DNA of 64,000 nt from Myxococcota bacterium (GTDB taxonomy: Bacteria > Myxococcota_A > UBA9160 > UBA4427): contig JAYZFK010000082.1 in the NCBI GenBank assembly GCA_036336835.1, positions 1-64,000 of the forward strand, in the 5' to 3' direction. The notes under the pieces are model-generated. The model did not search any database. It saw only the letters and a program-made list of their open reading frames with translations, and was not told the origin of the DNA. Below are positions 11,817 to 21,724 of this stretch, piece after piece. How positions within the stretch are numbered: position 1 is the first letter of the stretch; each line of letters opens with the position of its first letter. A program made the position numbers and the translations under genes.

Positions 11817-13202
11817 CTAGCTGGCAAGAGCGCTCGACGACCACTCGCCGATCAGCGAGTGCGGCGTGGCGTCGACGATCTCTACCGGGCCGATCGCACC
11901 CGGGGCAACCGGGCTTCCCGCGCCATCCAGATTGACGACCCGGTTGTAGGGGTCGCGACCGCACAGCTGGGAACCGCCCCGGCGGCTCGGGCCTTCGATC
12001 AGCACCGCGCTGCACTCACCCACGCGTCGCCGGTGATAGGCCAGGGTGAGTCGGCGCTGGAGCCCCTGGAGTCGCTCCAGCCGATCCTGTGCAACCTCGG
12101 CCGGCACCGCGTCGGTTACAGCGAGCTCGGCCGCCGCCGTTCCCGGCCGTGACGAGTACTTGAACGAGTAGTGGTCGACGAAGCGCACCCTCTCGACGAG
12201 CTCGAGCGTGTCCTGGAAGTCGTCGTCCGTCTCGCCGGGGAAGCCCACGATCAAATCGCTGGTCAGCGCGATGTCGGGTCGCGCTGAGCGAAGCGCCTCC
12301 ACGAGCTCGAGGAATGCCTCGCGGGTGTAGCGCCGCCGCATCGCCGCGAGCACCGCGTTCGAACCGCTCTGGAGCGGCAGGTGGACGTGTGGGCACAGGC
12401 TCTCGAGCTCGCCGTGGGCCCGAACCAGCGCGTCGTCGAAGAACGACGGGTGAGGGCTCGTGTAGCGGATGCGTTCGAGCCCGCTGATCGCATCGAGCTC
12501 GGCCAGCAGCGCGGCAAACGCCAGGGTGCCCGCGGCGGCGCTGTGGCCTCGGCGTCGGTCGTGGCGGCCATAGGCGTTGACCGTCTGGCCCAGCAGGGTC
12601 ACCTCCCGGACTCCGCGATCCACCAGCGCGCGGGCCTCGCCAAGGATGTCGGCAGCGGGCCGACTCACCTCCCGTCCGCGGGTTCGCGGAACGATGCAGA
12701 AGCTGCAGAACATGTCACAGCCCTCCATCACCGTCAGAAAGGCGCGGCCGGGCGTGCTCTCAGCAGTTTGCGGCTGGCGAGCGGGCAGATCGAAGCGATC
12801 GAGAGACGTCGTTTCAGAGGTGTCCGCGCTTCGCTCGCCCCGTTCCGCCGCAGCGGCCATCAGCGCGACGTGCCGGATGTTGTGGGTCCCGAAGACGAAG
12901 TCCAGCTGCGGAAACCGCCCGAGCAGCGCGTCGCCGACCTGCTGGGCGACGCAGCCACCGACGCCGAGCACACGACCCGGCGAGGCCGCTCGCCAGCCCT
13001 TGAGTCCGCCCAGATCGCTGTACAGGTGGTGCTCCGCCTTCTCGCGGATCGAGCAGGTGTTGATGATCAGGAGGTCCGCCTCGCCCTCGCTCGTGGCTGC
13101 CGCGTAGCCGGCGTGGTGAAGCAGATTCGCCAGCTTCTGCGAGTCGTGAACATTCATCTGGCACCCGTAGGTGCGGATGGCGAAGCTGCGAGTTCCTTCC
13201 AC
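11817..13202 (-). CDS. miaB: tRNA-2-methylthio-N6-dimethylallyladenosine synthase (radical SAM)
   Basis: TYGCQMNVHDS, NTCSIREKAE, GCVAQ, EGCDMFCSFCIVPRTRG, IVGFPGET, C-terminal TRAM domain; start uncertain (GTG 13202). Confidence 0.93.
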   Translation of the reverse strand: MEGTRSFAIRTYGCQMNVHDSQKLANLLHHAGYAAATSEGEADLLIINTCSIREKAEHHLYSDLGGLKGWRAASPGRVLGVGGCVAQQVGDALLGRFPQLDFVFGTHNIRHVALMAAAAERGERSADTSETTSLDRFDLPARQPQTAESTPGRAFLTVMEGCDMFCSFCIVPRTRGREVSRPAADILGEARALVDRGVREVTLLGQTVNAYGRHDRRRGHSAAAGTLAFAALLAELDAISGLERIRYTSPHPSFFDDALVRAHGELESLCPHVHLPLQSGSNAVLAAMRRRYTREAFLELVEALRSARPDIALTSDLIVGFPGETDDDFQDTLELVERVRFVDHYSFKYSSRPGTAAAELAVTDAVPAEVAQDRLERLQGLQRRLTLAYHRRRVGECSAVLIEGPSRRGGSQLCGRDPYNRVVNLDGAGSPVAPGAIGPVEIVDATPHSLIGEWSSSALAS

Positions 13203-13371
13203 GGCCGCCCCTCTGTCCAACGCGCCGGCCCCCGAGCCAGCGTCCGCCAACCTACCCCGCTGGCGGCTCCGCCGCATGGCTGGGAGGCTCCGGGGAAGCC
13301 GAGGATTACCACGAGGGGTCGACATTCAAGTATCTGAAATAACTAGCATTAATCAAACTTTAGAACGTGAG

Positions 13372-13401
13372 TTGACAAGACCCGCCCCCGCACCTCATAC
13401 T
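13372..13401 (+). promoter_or_regulatory. sigma70-type promoter driving an unannotated short plus-strand transcript
   Basis: TTGACA (13372-13377), 18 nt, CATACT (13396-13401), preceded by an AT-rich tract at about 13325-13365. Confidence 0.65.
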
Positions 13402-13407
13402 AGCCCT

Positions 13408-13596
13408 GCGGTAGCAAGACGGACCCTGGCAAGACGGAGATGCGACAGACTCGGATAATTCCTGCAGGTTTCTGGAGCGGCGGCGGATTAGGCCATTTCT
13501 TCTAGAAATGTCCAACCTCTCACCCCCCATCATATGATCCGCCGCCCTCCGCCCTGTCACGCCCCGCCGGTGAGAACCGGCGGGGCGTTTCTCTTT
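13408..13596 (+). ncRNA. Candidate structured small RNA (about 190 nt)
   Basis: Lies between the promoter and a plus-polarity terminator. Stems: GGCGGCGGATTA(13479-90)/TGATCCGCCGCC(13535-46), GGAG/CTCC, CATTTCT/AGAAATG, GACAG/CTGTC. Family not recognised. Confidence 0.55.
13559..13596 (+). terminator. Rho-independent terminator
   Basis: Perfect 13-bp stem ACGCCCCGCCGGT / ACCGGCGGGGCGT with a GAGA tetraloop, followed by TTCTCTTT; T-rich tail only on the plus strand. Confidence 0.8.
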
Positions 13597-13664
13597 CGAA
13601 CGCACGCGCCGCCCATCCTGAGATAGGGGGTCGGTCGGCCTGCCGTCCGGGGGCTGGGCGGGAC

Positions 13665-15086
13665 TCAGAGGACGATGTCGTCGACGATGCGCGAGAGCTG
13701 TCGCAGGTTGCGGCACTCCTCGACGATGTCGCAGTAGGGCATGTAGCGATCCATCACCGAGTCGCCGAAGCCCCAGGCGCTGGGACTCTCCGGGTTCAGC
13801 CACACCACATTCTTGGCCTTGGTCTGGATGTCGCGAACGCACCAGGCCTTCGGGTCGTTGTAGTTGTTGCGCGCGTCACCAAGGATCATGACGGTGGTCT
13901 TGTTGTCGATCGCCGACAGGTGGTTCTTCCAGAAGTGGTGGAAGGCGAAGCCGAAGTTGCTGCGCGTGTAGACGTTGATCACATCGGCACCGTCGAGCGC
14001 GCGATCGATCGCGGTCGAGACATCGCGATCCTGGAAGGTCTGTGTCACGTCGCCGAGCTCGGCCACGAACACGAACGCGCGGATCTTGGTGAACGCATCC
14101 TGGAGCTCGTAGCAGAACTGCAACATGAAGCGGGAGACATTGGCGACCGAGCTCGATACATCGCACAGGATCACCAGCTTCGGCCGCTCCTTGCGGCGCT
14201 GCTTGAACACCACTTCGAACGGGATGCCGCCGCGCGCCATGTTGCGCCGGAGCGTCGTGTGCAGATCGAGCTTGCCTCGCTTGAGCCGCTTGCGGCGGAT
14301 CGAGAGGATGTTCTTGATGCGCTGCGCGAGCCGGTGTACTACCTCGCGCATCCGCTGGATCTCGGCCTCGGTCAGGTGGTAGAAGCTCTTCTCCGTGAGC
14401 ATCTCGCGGCGAAACTTCTCCATGTAGTCGTGGTTGCGCGTCTGCAGCTCGCGCTCGGTGAACTCGCGAACCGTGCGGCGGAGCGTCTCCATCAGCTTCT
14501 GGATCATGTTCCGCAGGCCCGCGACCTGCTCGTCCGACAAGCCCATCTCGGCCAGCCGTGCGGCAAGCTGCTCGAGCTCCTGGCCGGCGCCCTCCATGTC
14601 CATCTGCTCGAGCGTGCGGCGGGAGAAGAAGCCCACCTGCAGCATGTTCTCGATCCGCTCCATCCCGGCCTGCTCGGCGGCCTCGCGGATCATCTGCTCG
14701 AGGCTGGACAGGTCCTGGGTGAGCAGCGCCTTCGCCAGCTCGGAGAGGTCGAGGTCGCCGTCCTGCATCTGGCCGAGCAGCTCGGCCAGCTGGCGCAGCA
14801 GCTCGTCGGGATCGATGCCCAGCTGCGCCATGTCGGCGTTCAGCGCGCCGAAGCCCTGCTGCAGGCTGTCGTAGAAGCCGCTCCAGAACAGGTCGAACAG
14901 CTGGTCGTAGGTAGGGATCTCGTCGCCGCGCTTCACCATCGAGGCGCGCAGGGCGTCCTTGAAGATCTCCCGATCGTCGAGCGAGAGCTCGTCGAGCGAC
15001 TCGAAGGCGTCGATCGCCTCTGCCACCGAGACGCGAACTCCGCTCTTGCGCAGCAGGTTCGTGAACTCGATGACCTTCGCCTGCAT
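13665..15086 (-). CDS. VWA-domain protein, CoxE-like
   Basis: MQAKVIEFTNLLRKSGVRVSVAEAIDA, GKLDLHTTLRRNM, MIDAS-type ILCDVSSSV, ILGDARNNY, WLNPE, WGFGDSVM; start ATG 15086. Confidence 0.85.
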   Translation of the reverse strand: MQAKVIEFTNLLRKSGVRVSVAEAIDAFESLDELSLDDREIFKDALRASMVKRGDEIPTYDQLFDLFWSGFYDSLQQGFGALNADMAQLGIDPDELLRQLAELLGQMQDGDLDLSELAKALLTQDLSSLEQMIREAAEQAGMERIENMLQVGFFSRRTLEQMDMEGAGQELEQLAARLAEMGLSDEQVAGLRNMIQKLMETLRRTVREFTERELQTRNHDYMEKFRREMLTEKSFYHLTEAEIQRMREVVHRLAQRIKNILSIRRKRLKRGKLDLHTTLRRNMARGGIPFEVVFKQRRKERPKLVILCDVSSSVANVSRFMLQFCYELQDAFTKIRAFVFVAELGDVTQTFQDRDVSTAIDRALDGADVINVYTRSNFGFAFHHFWKNHLSAIDNKTTVMILGDARNNYNDPKAWCVRDIQTKAKNVVWLNPESPSAWGFGDSVMDRYMPYCDIVEECRNLRQLSRIVDDIVL

Positions 15087-15088
15087 GC

Positions 15089-16084
15089 TCAATGCAGCAC
15101 GCCCTTCTTCACCGCGCCGGGCGAAGCCTTGGGCGCCTCCTCTCCTTGGGGGCCCTCGGCCTCGACGTGCGTGGTCTTCTTCTCGATCAGCTTGCCGAGC
15201 TCGCTTTGTGCCTTCTTGACGTCGCCCTCGTACTTCAGGATCACGTTCAGGGTGTCCGTCACCACCTCCTCGTCGAGGTCGCCCGCGTTGAGTGCCAGCA
15301 GCGCCCTCGTCCAGTCGAGCGTCTCGCTGATCGAGGGCCGCTTCTTGAGGTCGAGCTCGCGGATCTTGTTGATCAGCTTGACCACGTCCTGGGCGAGACG
15401 CTGCTCGATGCCGGGCACCTTGGCGTCGAGAATGCTCAGCTCGAGCTCGGGCGTGGGGTAGTCGATCCACAGGTGCAGGCAGCGACGCTTGAGCGCGTCG
15501 CTCATCTCGCGGGCGTCGTTCGAGGTGAGGAAGACCAGCGGCACCCGGTTCGCCTTGAATGTGCCGATTTCAGGCACTGTGATCTGGAAGTCCGAGAGTA
15601 TCTCGAGCAGGAAGGCCTCGAACTCGGGATCCGATTTGTCGACCTCGTCGATCAGAAGCAGCGTCGGCTCCGCGGCGGTGATCGCCTTCATCAGCGGCCT
15701 AGCCACGATGAAGCGATCGGAGAAGAAGACCGTGTCCTCGCGGCCGACCCGGTCGGCGGCCTCGGCCATGGTCTTCGCGTCCTGCATCGCCTCGGCGAAC
15801 TTGTCCTTCAGGATCTGGGTGTAGAGCAGCTGCTTGCTGTACTCCCACTCGTACAGGGCCTTGGCCTCGTCGAGCCCCTCGTAGCACTGCAGCCGGATCA
15901 GCTGCTGGCCGAGCGCCTGAGCGACGACCTTGGCGAGCTCGGTCTTGCCGACGCCCGCGGGCCCTTCGACGAGCACCGGCTTCTCGAGCTGCTGCGCCAG
16001 GTAGACCACTGTCGCGACATTCTTGTCGCAGATGTAGCCCTGGTCTCCCAGGCGAGTAATGACGTCATCCACGGAAGCGAACAT
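15089..16084 (-). CDS. MoxR-family AAA+ ATPase, CoxD-like
   Basis: LVEGPAGVGKTELAK (Walker A), RLQCYEGLDEAKALYEWEY, LLIDEVDK (Walker B), LTSN, SDALKRRC; start ATG 16084. Confidence 0.9.
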   Translation of the reverse strand: MFASVDDVITRLGDQGYICDKNVATVVYLAQQLEKPVLVEGPAGVGKTELAKVVAQALGQQLIRLQCYEGLDEAKALYEWEYSKQLLYTQILKDKFAEAMQDAKTMAEAADRVGREDTVFFSDRFIVARPLMKAITAAEPTLLLIDEVDKSDPEFEAFLLEILSDFQITVPEIGTFKANRVPLVFLTSNDAREMSDALKRRCLHLWIDYPTPELELSILDAKVPGIEQRLAQDVVKLINKIRELDLKKRPSISETLDWTRALLALNAGDLDEEVVTDTLNVILKYEGDVKKAQSELGKLIEKKTTHVEAEGPQGEEAPKASPGAVKKGVLH

Positions 16085-16098
16085 GCGGTCTCCTAGAG

Positions 16099-17379
16099 CT
16101 AGCTCATCAGATTGAGGACGTGCCCGAGCTTCGCCTTCTTGGTACGGAGATAATCGAGGTTGTTCTCGTTGGGCGCGATCTCGAGCGAGACACGCTCGAC
16201 GATCCTCAATCCGTAGCCTTCGATTCCGGCGCGCTTGCCGGGATTGTTGGTGACCATGCGCATCTTTCGCACTCCGAGATGGACCAGGATCTGGGTTCCG
16301 ACCCCGTAGTCGCGCAAATCGGCCGCAAAGCCGAGCCGGTGGTTGGCCTCGACGGTGTCGAGCCCCTCGGTGTCCTGGAGCCCATAGGCGCGGATCTTGT
16401 TCTTGAGCCCGATGCCCCGGCCTTCCTGGCGCATGTAGAGCAGCACGCCCTTGCCGGCTTCGTTGATCATCTTGAGCGCGGCGTCGAGCTGCTCGCCGCA
16501 GTCGCAGCGCCGCGAGCCGAAGGCATCGCCGGTCAGGCACTCGCTATGCACGCGCACCAGCACGGCATCGTCCGCGTCCCATGCGCCCTTCACCAGGGCC
16601 ACGTGGTCGACGTGATCGATGTCGTTCTCGTAGACGATGGCGCGGAAGTCGCCCTGCGATGTGGGCATCGTCGCCTCGGCGGCCGGCCAGACCAGCCGCT
16701 CGTTGCGCAGCCGGTACTCGACCAGATCCTTGATCGTCACGATCTTGAGCCCGTGCTGCCTGCCGTATTGGACCAGATCGGGCATACGGGCCATGGTGCC
16801 GTCGTCGTTCATCACTTCGCAGATCACGCCAGCGGGCTTGTGTCCGGCGAGACGGGCGAGATCGACCGAGCCCTCCGTCTGCCCGACGCGGCGCAAGACA
16901 CCGCCCTCTCGCGCGCGCAGCGGGAAGATGTGGCCGGGCCGCGACAGATCGGCCGGCGTTGCATCGTCTGCAATTGCGGTCTGGATGGTGTGTGCGCGGT
17001 CGGCGGCGGAAATTCCCGTGGTCACTCCGTGCCGGGCCTCGATCGAGATCGTGAAGGCCGTGCCGTGGTTGGCGCTGTTCTCGTGGTCGGGGACCATCAT
17101 CTCGAGCTTCAGCTGGCGCATTCGCTCTTCGGTCAACGTCAGGCAGATCAGCCCGCGTCCCTCCCGGGCCATGAAGTTGATGGCCTCGGGCGTGACCATC
17201 TCGGCGGACATGCAGAGATCGCCCTCGTTCTCGCGGTCCTCGTCATCGACCAGGACCACCATCTTTCCCGCACGGATATCCTCGAGCGCGTCCTCGATCG
17301 AGGAAAGGGCGGAGCCAGGAGCGCCCGCCGGGGCGCGCAGCGCTGTCTCCCGTGAAGCCCCGGTGTCGTCGATTGCCAT
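16099..17379 (-). CDS. ribBA: Bifunctional DHBP synthase / GTP cyclohydrolase II
   Basis: [85 protein letters not shown]. Confidence 0.96.
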   Translation of the reverse strand: MAIDDTGASRETALRAPAGAPGSALSSIEDALEDIRAGKMVVLVDDEDRENEGDLCMSAEMVTPEAINFMAREGRGLICLTLTEERMRQLKLEMMVPDHENSANHGTAFTISIEARHGVTTGISAADRAHTIQTAIADDATPADLSRPGHIFPLRAREGGVLRRVGQTEGSVDLARLAGHKPAGVICEVMNDDGTMARMPDLVQYGRQHGLKIVTIKDLVEYRLRNERLVWPAAEATMPTSQGDFRAIVYENDIDHVDHVALVKGAWDADDAVLVRVHSECLTGDAFGSRRCDCGEQLDAALKMINEAGKGVLLYMRQEGRGIGLKNKIRAYGLQDTEGLDTVEANHRLGFAADLRDYGVGTQILVHLGVRKMRMVTNNPGKRAGIEGYGLRIVERVSLEIAPNENNLDYLRTKKAKLGHVLNLMS

Positions 17380-17566
17380 CAAACCTCCCCGTCGGAACCT
17401 CGAAGCCGGCCGGGCCAGTGGGTTCCCAAGGGCGCGCGTAGTTGCGGATCGATTCGCCGCTGTGTCGACCGGAAGATCTCGAACAGGAGGCTCTCTGAGA
17501 GCGATGACCGCAGGCTAGCCGGCCGCCGCACGGTCCAGCGCCTACAGGATCCCAGTCGATCCAGCG

Positions 17567-17595
17567 ACTCTAAACGGACCCCACCCGACTGTCAA
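17567..17595 (-). promoter_or_regulatory. sigma70 promoter for ribBA-MoxR-VWA
   Basis: Minus strand TTGACA (17595-17590), 17 nt, TAGAGT (17572-17567). Confidence 0.6.
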
Positions 17596-17627
17596 TCAGC
17601 CGGGCGGTGAGCTGCGGGATAGAACGC

Positions 17628-18293
17628 TCAGGCGCGCGGGGGCTTACCGGGGAAGTTGCGCATCACGCCCTTGAGGAAGTCCTCTTCCGAGAGCGCGAAC
17701 TTGGTGGCAAACGCGTGCTTCTCGTCGAGGCTCCGGTAGAGCTGGCTCATCAGGGATCGGAAGGTCTCGAGAACACCCTCGCCTCGCGTGGCGACTGCCG
17801 GGAAGGTCGGGATGCCCTGCCAGGCGTTCTTGATGTCCTGGAGCGGCTTGATCTCGGGCAGATCGCGCTTGTTGAATTGCACGACCTTGGGAATGCGGCC
17901 GAAATCGAACCCGTTCGCCTTGAGGTTCGCCTCCATGTCGCGCCACGAGTAGGCGTTGGCGCTCACCGACGAGGTCTGCGAGTCGGCGATGAAGGCCACG
18001 GCATCGGACCCCGCCAGTACGACCTTGCGGGTCGATTTGTGCATGACCTGGCCCGGGACGGTGAACAGCTTGACCTTGATCGCGAAGCCGCCCGCGACCT
18101 CGAACTCGACCGGCAGGAAGTCGAAGTAGAGCGTGCGGTCGTCCTTGGTATCGAGCGTCAGCATCTTCCCGCGGGTCGAGGCGTCCATCAGCTCGTGGAG
18201 CATCACCAGGTTGGTGGTCTTCCCGGAGAGGGCTGGACCGTAGTAGACCACCTTCACGGTGATCTCCTTTGTCGACATGTTGATCTGGACCAT
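17628..18293 (-). CDS. MglA-family small Ras-like GTPase (no adjacent MglB)
   Basis: KVVYYGPALSGKTTNL (G1), DRTLYFDFLP, LFTVPGQ, FIADSQ, QFNKRDLP, closely following the M. xanthus MglA motif layout; start ATG 18293. Confidence 0.88.
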   Translation of the reverse strand: MVQINMSTKEITVKVVYYGPALSGKTTNLVMLHELMDASTRGKMLTLDTKDDRTLYFDFLPVEFEVAGGFAIKVKLFTVPGQVMHKSTRKVVLAGSDAVAFIADSQTSSVSANAYSWRDMEANLKANGFDFGRIPKVVQFNKRDLPEIKPLQDIKNAWQGIPTFPAVATRGEGVLETFRSLMSQLYRSLDEKHAFATKFALSEEDFLKGVMRNFPGKPPRA

Positions 18294-18447
18294 CGCCGTC
18301 CTCCCGGAGCCCACCGCGTGGCGCGGGGGCGCCTCCCTGGCATCGGCTGCCGGCGCGCCGAAGTGAAGCCAGGATTGCCGGTGGCACCTCCGGCTCGGCC
18401 AGAGACCCACTTCCGCTGCGAACGGAAACGGCGGTTTCGCAGCGGGC

Positions 18448-19443
18448 TCAGATCGTGCGGGTGCGGAAGGCGGCCAGGAGCGCACGGGCGGCTGCCGCGG
18501 GGGAGATCTTCTGCTGCTCGACGTCGCGCTCGAGATCGGGAATGGCGGCCGCTACATCCGGGTCGTTGCGGAAGGCCGTCGCAACCGCCTCGTCGATCAG
18601 GTTCCACATCCAGGTGCGGTTCTGTTTCCGCCGGCGCCGCTCGAACTCGTCCGTCGCCCGCAGCCTGCTGCGATGGTCGAGCACGGCCTCCCAGACTTCG
18701 GAAACGCCGGTTCGTTCGAGAGCGCTCGCCACACGCGCGACCGGCTTCCAGGTCGAACTCGTCGAGCGAATCAAGCCGAGCGCGCTGGCGTACTCGGTCC
18801 GCGTTCGCTTGGCTGCCAGCGCCATCTCGCCATCGGCCTTGTTCACCACCAGCGCGTCGGCCAGCTCGAGTACGCCCTTCTTGATTCCCTGCAGCTCGTC
18901 GCCTCCGCCGGGTGCGAGCAGCAGCAGGAAGAAGTCGACCATCGAGGCCACCGCCACCTCGCTCTGGCCGATGCCCACGGTCTCGATCAGCACGACGTCG
19001 TAGCCGGCCGCTTCGCACACGAGCATGCATTCGCGGGTCCGGTGTGCAACACCGCCGAGCGAGCCACCCGACGGGGAGGGCCGGACGAAGGCGCGATCGT
19101 CTCGTGCGAGCTCTTCCATCCGCGTCTTGTCACCGAGGATGCTCCCGCCCGACAGCGGGCTCGACGGATCGACGGCGAGTACCGCGACGCGGTGCCCGCC
19201 CTCGAGCAACTCGAGGCCCAGCACCTCGATGAAGCTGCTCTTGCCGACGCCGGGCGGACCGCTGATCCCGACCCGGATCGCGCCGCCCGTGTGGGGGACC
19301 AGCTCCTCGAGCACACGCTGCCCGAGGTCGGATTCGTCCCCGCGAGTACTCTCGATGCGGGTGATCAGCTGAGCGAGTGCCCGGCGGTCGCCCGTGCGGA
19401 CGGCATCGCGCAGTTCCCCGATCCGATGGGTGGAGTCGCTCAC
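18448..19443 (-). CDS. meaB: Methylmalonyl-CoA mutase-associated GTPase
   Basis: GISGPPGVGKS, AVDPSSPLSGGSILGDKTRM, ETVGIGQSE, GDELQGIKKG, VNKADG; adjacent to the mutase. Confidence 0.95.
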   Translation of the reverse strand: MSDSTHRIGELRDAVRTGDRRALAQLITRIESTRGDESDLGQRVLEELVPHTGGAIRVGISGPPGVGKSSFIEVLGLELLEGGHRVAVLAVDPSSPLSGGSILGDKTRMEELARDDRAFVRPSPSGGSLGGVAHRTRECMLVCEAAGYDVVLIETVGIGQSEVAVASMVDFFLLLLAPGGGDELQGIKKGVLELADALVVNKADGEMALAAKRTRTEYASALGLIRSTSSTWKPVARVASALERTGVSEVWEAVLDHRSRLRATDEFERRRRKQNRTWMWNLIDEAVATAFRNDPDVAAAIPDLERDVEQQKISPAAAARALLAAFRTRTI

Positions 19444-19473
19444 CTGCCGGGTCTCCGCGAGTGGCCCGGCGGC

Positions 19474-21618
19474 TCAGGCCGCCGACCGCTCCCGCAACAC
19501 CTCGAGCACCTTGCCCGCGGCCTGCGGAATCGGGGTGCCGGGTCCGAACACGGCGGCAGCCCCCTGCTCGAGCAGGAACTCGTAGTCGGGCGGCGGGATC
19601 ACTCCGCCCACGACCACCGCAACCCCGTCGGCTCCCTGCTTGCGGAGCTCCTCGATCAGCAGCGGAACGAGTGTCTTGTGACCCGCAGCCTGGCTCGACA
19701 CACCAACCAGGTGGACGTCGTTGTCGATCGCCATGCGCGCCGCCTCCTCGGGGGTCTGGAACAGCGGGCCCACGTCGACGTCGAAGCCGATGTCGGCGAA
19801 GGCGGTCGCGATCACCTTCATGCCGCGGTCGTGCCCGTCCTGGCCAAGCTTGACGACGAGCATGCGTGGCTGGCGGCCCGCCTCCGCGGCGAAGCTCGCG
19901 ACCTCCTTGCAGATATCCTCGAAATCCGTGTCGCCCTGGTAGGCGCTTCCGTAGACGCCGGTGACCGAGCGCACCTCGGCGCGATGGCGGGTGTACACCT
20001 GTTCCAGCGCCTCCGAGATCTCGCCGACGGTCGCGCGCAAACGCGCGGCCTCGATCGCGGTCGAGAGCAGGTTGCCCTCCCCCGTCTTCGCGAGCTCGGC
20101 CAGCCTAGCCAACGCCGCCGCTACCGCCGTCCCATCCCGGCTCGCGCGGATCTCGCCGAGACGCGCGATCTGGGCATCGCGGACCGCGCTGTTGTCGATC
20201 TCGCGGATCTCGATCTCCGCCTGCTGATCGAGCCTGTACTTGTTGACGCCGACGATCACGTCGTCACCACTGTCGACGCGCGCCTGGCGCCGGGTGGCGG
20301 CCTCCTCGATGCGCAGCTTCGGGATCCCCTGGGTGATCGCTCGGGTCATGCCCCCGGCCTCCTCGACCTCGGCCAGCACCTTCTCGGCTTCGCGGTACAC
20401 GCTCTCGGTCAGGCTCTCCATGAAATAGGAGCCACCCCACGGGTCGACCACGTTGGCGATGCCAGACTCCTCTTGCAGGATCAGCTGGGTATTGCGCGCG
20501 ACGCGAGCTGCCGTGTCGGTCGGCAGGCTCACCGCTTCGTCGAAGCCGTTGGTGTGCAGCGACTGGGTGCCGCCGAACACCGCCGCCAACGCCTCCACGG
20601 TGGTGCGCACGATGTTGTTCATCGGGTCCTGTTCGGTCAGGGACGCACCCGACGTCTGGCAGTGCGTACGCAGCATCATCGAGCGCGGGTCCTTCGCGCC
20701 GAGCGACTGCATGCGCTCGGCCCAGATGCGCCGCGCGGCCCGCATCTTGGCGATCTCGAGGTAGAAGTTCATGCCGATGCACCAGAAGAACGACAGCCGG
20801 CCGGCAAACTGGTCGATGCCGAGACCCTTGGAGATCGCGGCGCGCACATACTCGAGGCCGTCGGCGATCGTGAAGGCGAGCTCCTGGACCGTCGTCGCGC
20901 CGGCCTCCTGCATGTGGTAGCCGCTGATCGAGATCGAGTTGAACTTCGGCATCTCGTGCGCCGCGAACTCGATGATGTCGGCCACAATGCGCATGCTCGG
21001 CTCGGGCGGATAGATGTAGGTGTTGCGGACCATGAACTCCTTGAGGATGTCGTTCTGGATGGTCCCGGCGAGTTCTGCGTGCTCGACCCCCTGCTCCTCA
21101 CCTGCCACGACGAAGCACGCGAGCACGGGCAGCACTGCACCGTTCATGGTCATCGACACCGTCACGTCCTGGAGCGGGATCCCGTCGAACAAGATCTTCA
21201 TGTCCTCGACGGAGTCGATCGCGACGCCCGCCTTGCCGACGTCCCCGCGCACCCGCGGATGGTCGCTGTCGTACCCGCGGTGGGTGGCGAGATCGAAGGC
21301 GATCGACAGTCCCTGCTGTCCCCCCGCGAGGTTCGCCTTGTAGAAGGCGTTCGATTCCTCGGCGGTCGAGAAGCCTGCGTACTGGCGCAGCGTCCACGGG
21401 CGGTTGGCGTACATTGTGGCGCGCGGCCCGCGGACGAACGGCCAGAGCCCAGGGGTCGTGTCCGCGTTCTCGAGCTGTTCGAGGTCGGCAGCCGTGTAGA
21501 GTGCCTTGATCTGGATGCCGTCCGGACTCGTCCAGGCGAGTTCGTCGGGCGCCTGGCCCCGCAGCTCCTTCGAGGCCAGCTGCTTCCATTTGTCGAGATC
21601 GGCGCGCGACGTTGCCAT
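19474..21618 (-). CDS. scpA: Methylmalonyl-CoA mutase (single-chain, B12-dependent)
   Basis: [17 protein letters not shown] (Tyr specificity residue), [45 protein letters not shown]12 motif; start ATG 21618. Confidence 0.95.
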   Translation of the reverse strand: MATSRADLDKWKQLASKELRGQAPDELAWTSPDGIQIKALYTAADLEQLENADTTPGLWPFVRGPRATMYANRPWTLRQYAGFSTAEESNAFYKANLAGGQQGLSIAFDLATHRGYDSDHPRVRGDVGKAGVAIDSVEDMKILFDGIPLQDVTVSMTMNGAVLPVLACFVVAGEEQGVEHAELAGTIQNDILKEFMVRNTYIYPPEPSMRIVADIIEFAAHEMPKFNSISISGYHMQEAGATTVQELAFTIADGLEYVRAAISKGLGIDQFAGRLSFFWCIGMNFYLEIAKMRAARRIWAERMQSLGAKDPRSMMLRTHCQTSGASLTEQDPMNNIVRTTVEALAAVFGGTQSLHTNGFDEAVSLPTDTAARVARNTQLILQEESGIANVVDPWGGSYFMESLTESVYREAEKVLAEVEEAGGMTRAITQGIPKLRIEEAATRRQARVDSGDDVIVGVNKYRLDQQAEIEIREIDNSAVRDAQIARLGEIRASRDGTAVAAALARLAELAKTGEGNLLSTAIEAARLRATVGEISEALEQVYTRHRAEVRSVTGVYGSAYQGDTDFEDICKEVASFAAEAGRQPRMLVVKLGQDGHDRGMKVIATAFADIGFDVDVGPLFQTPEEAARMAIDNDVHLVGVSSQAAGHKTLVPLLIEELRKQGADGVAVVVGGVIPPPDYEFLLEQGAAAVFGPGTPIPQAAGKVLEVLRERSAA

Positions 21619-21724
21619 GGCGGTTCTCCCGTTTGTCATCGGGGAATGTCGGGCGCAGCCGGCCTCGCCCGATCCGGCCGCTCCCGGGGCACGCCTCCAG
21701 GGCTGGCGGAGCGGTCGGCCCATT

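Noticed and set aside
13404..13596. 6S RNA interpretation of the short transcript (the 5' CCCTGCGGT looks 6S-like)
   Set aside because: No 3' complement to close a long terminal stem, no central-bubble rod structure, and no ygfA/zapA context
17380..17566. FMN riboswitch upstream of ribBA
   Set aside because: Conserved FMN aptamer segments were not found on the coding strand
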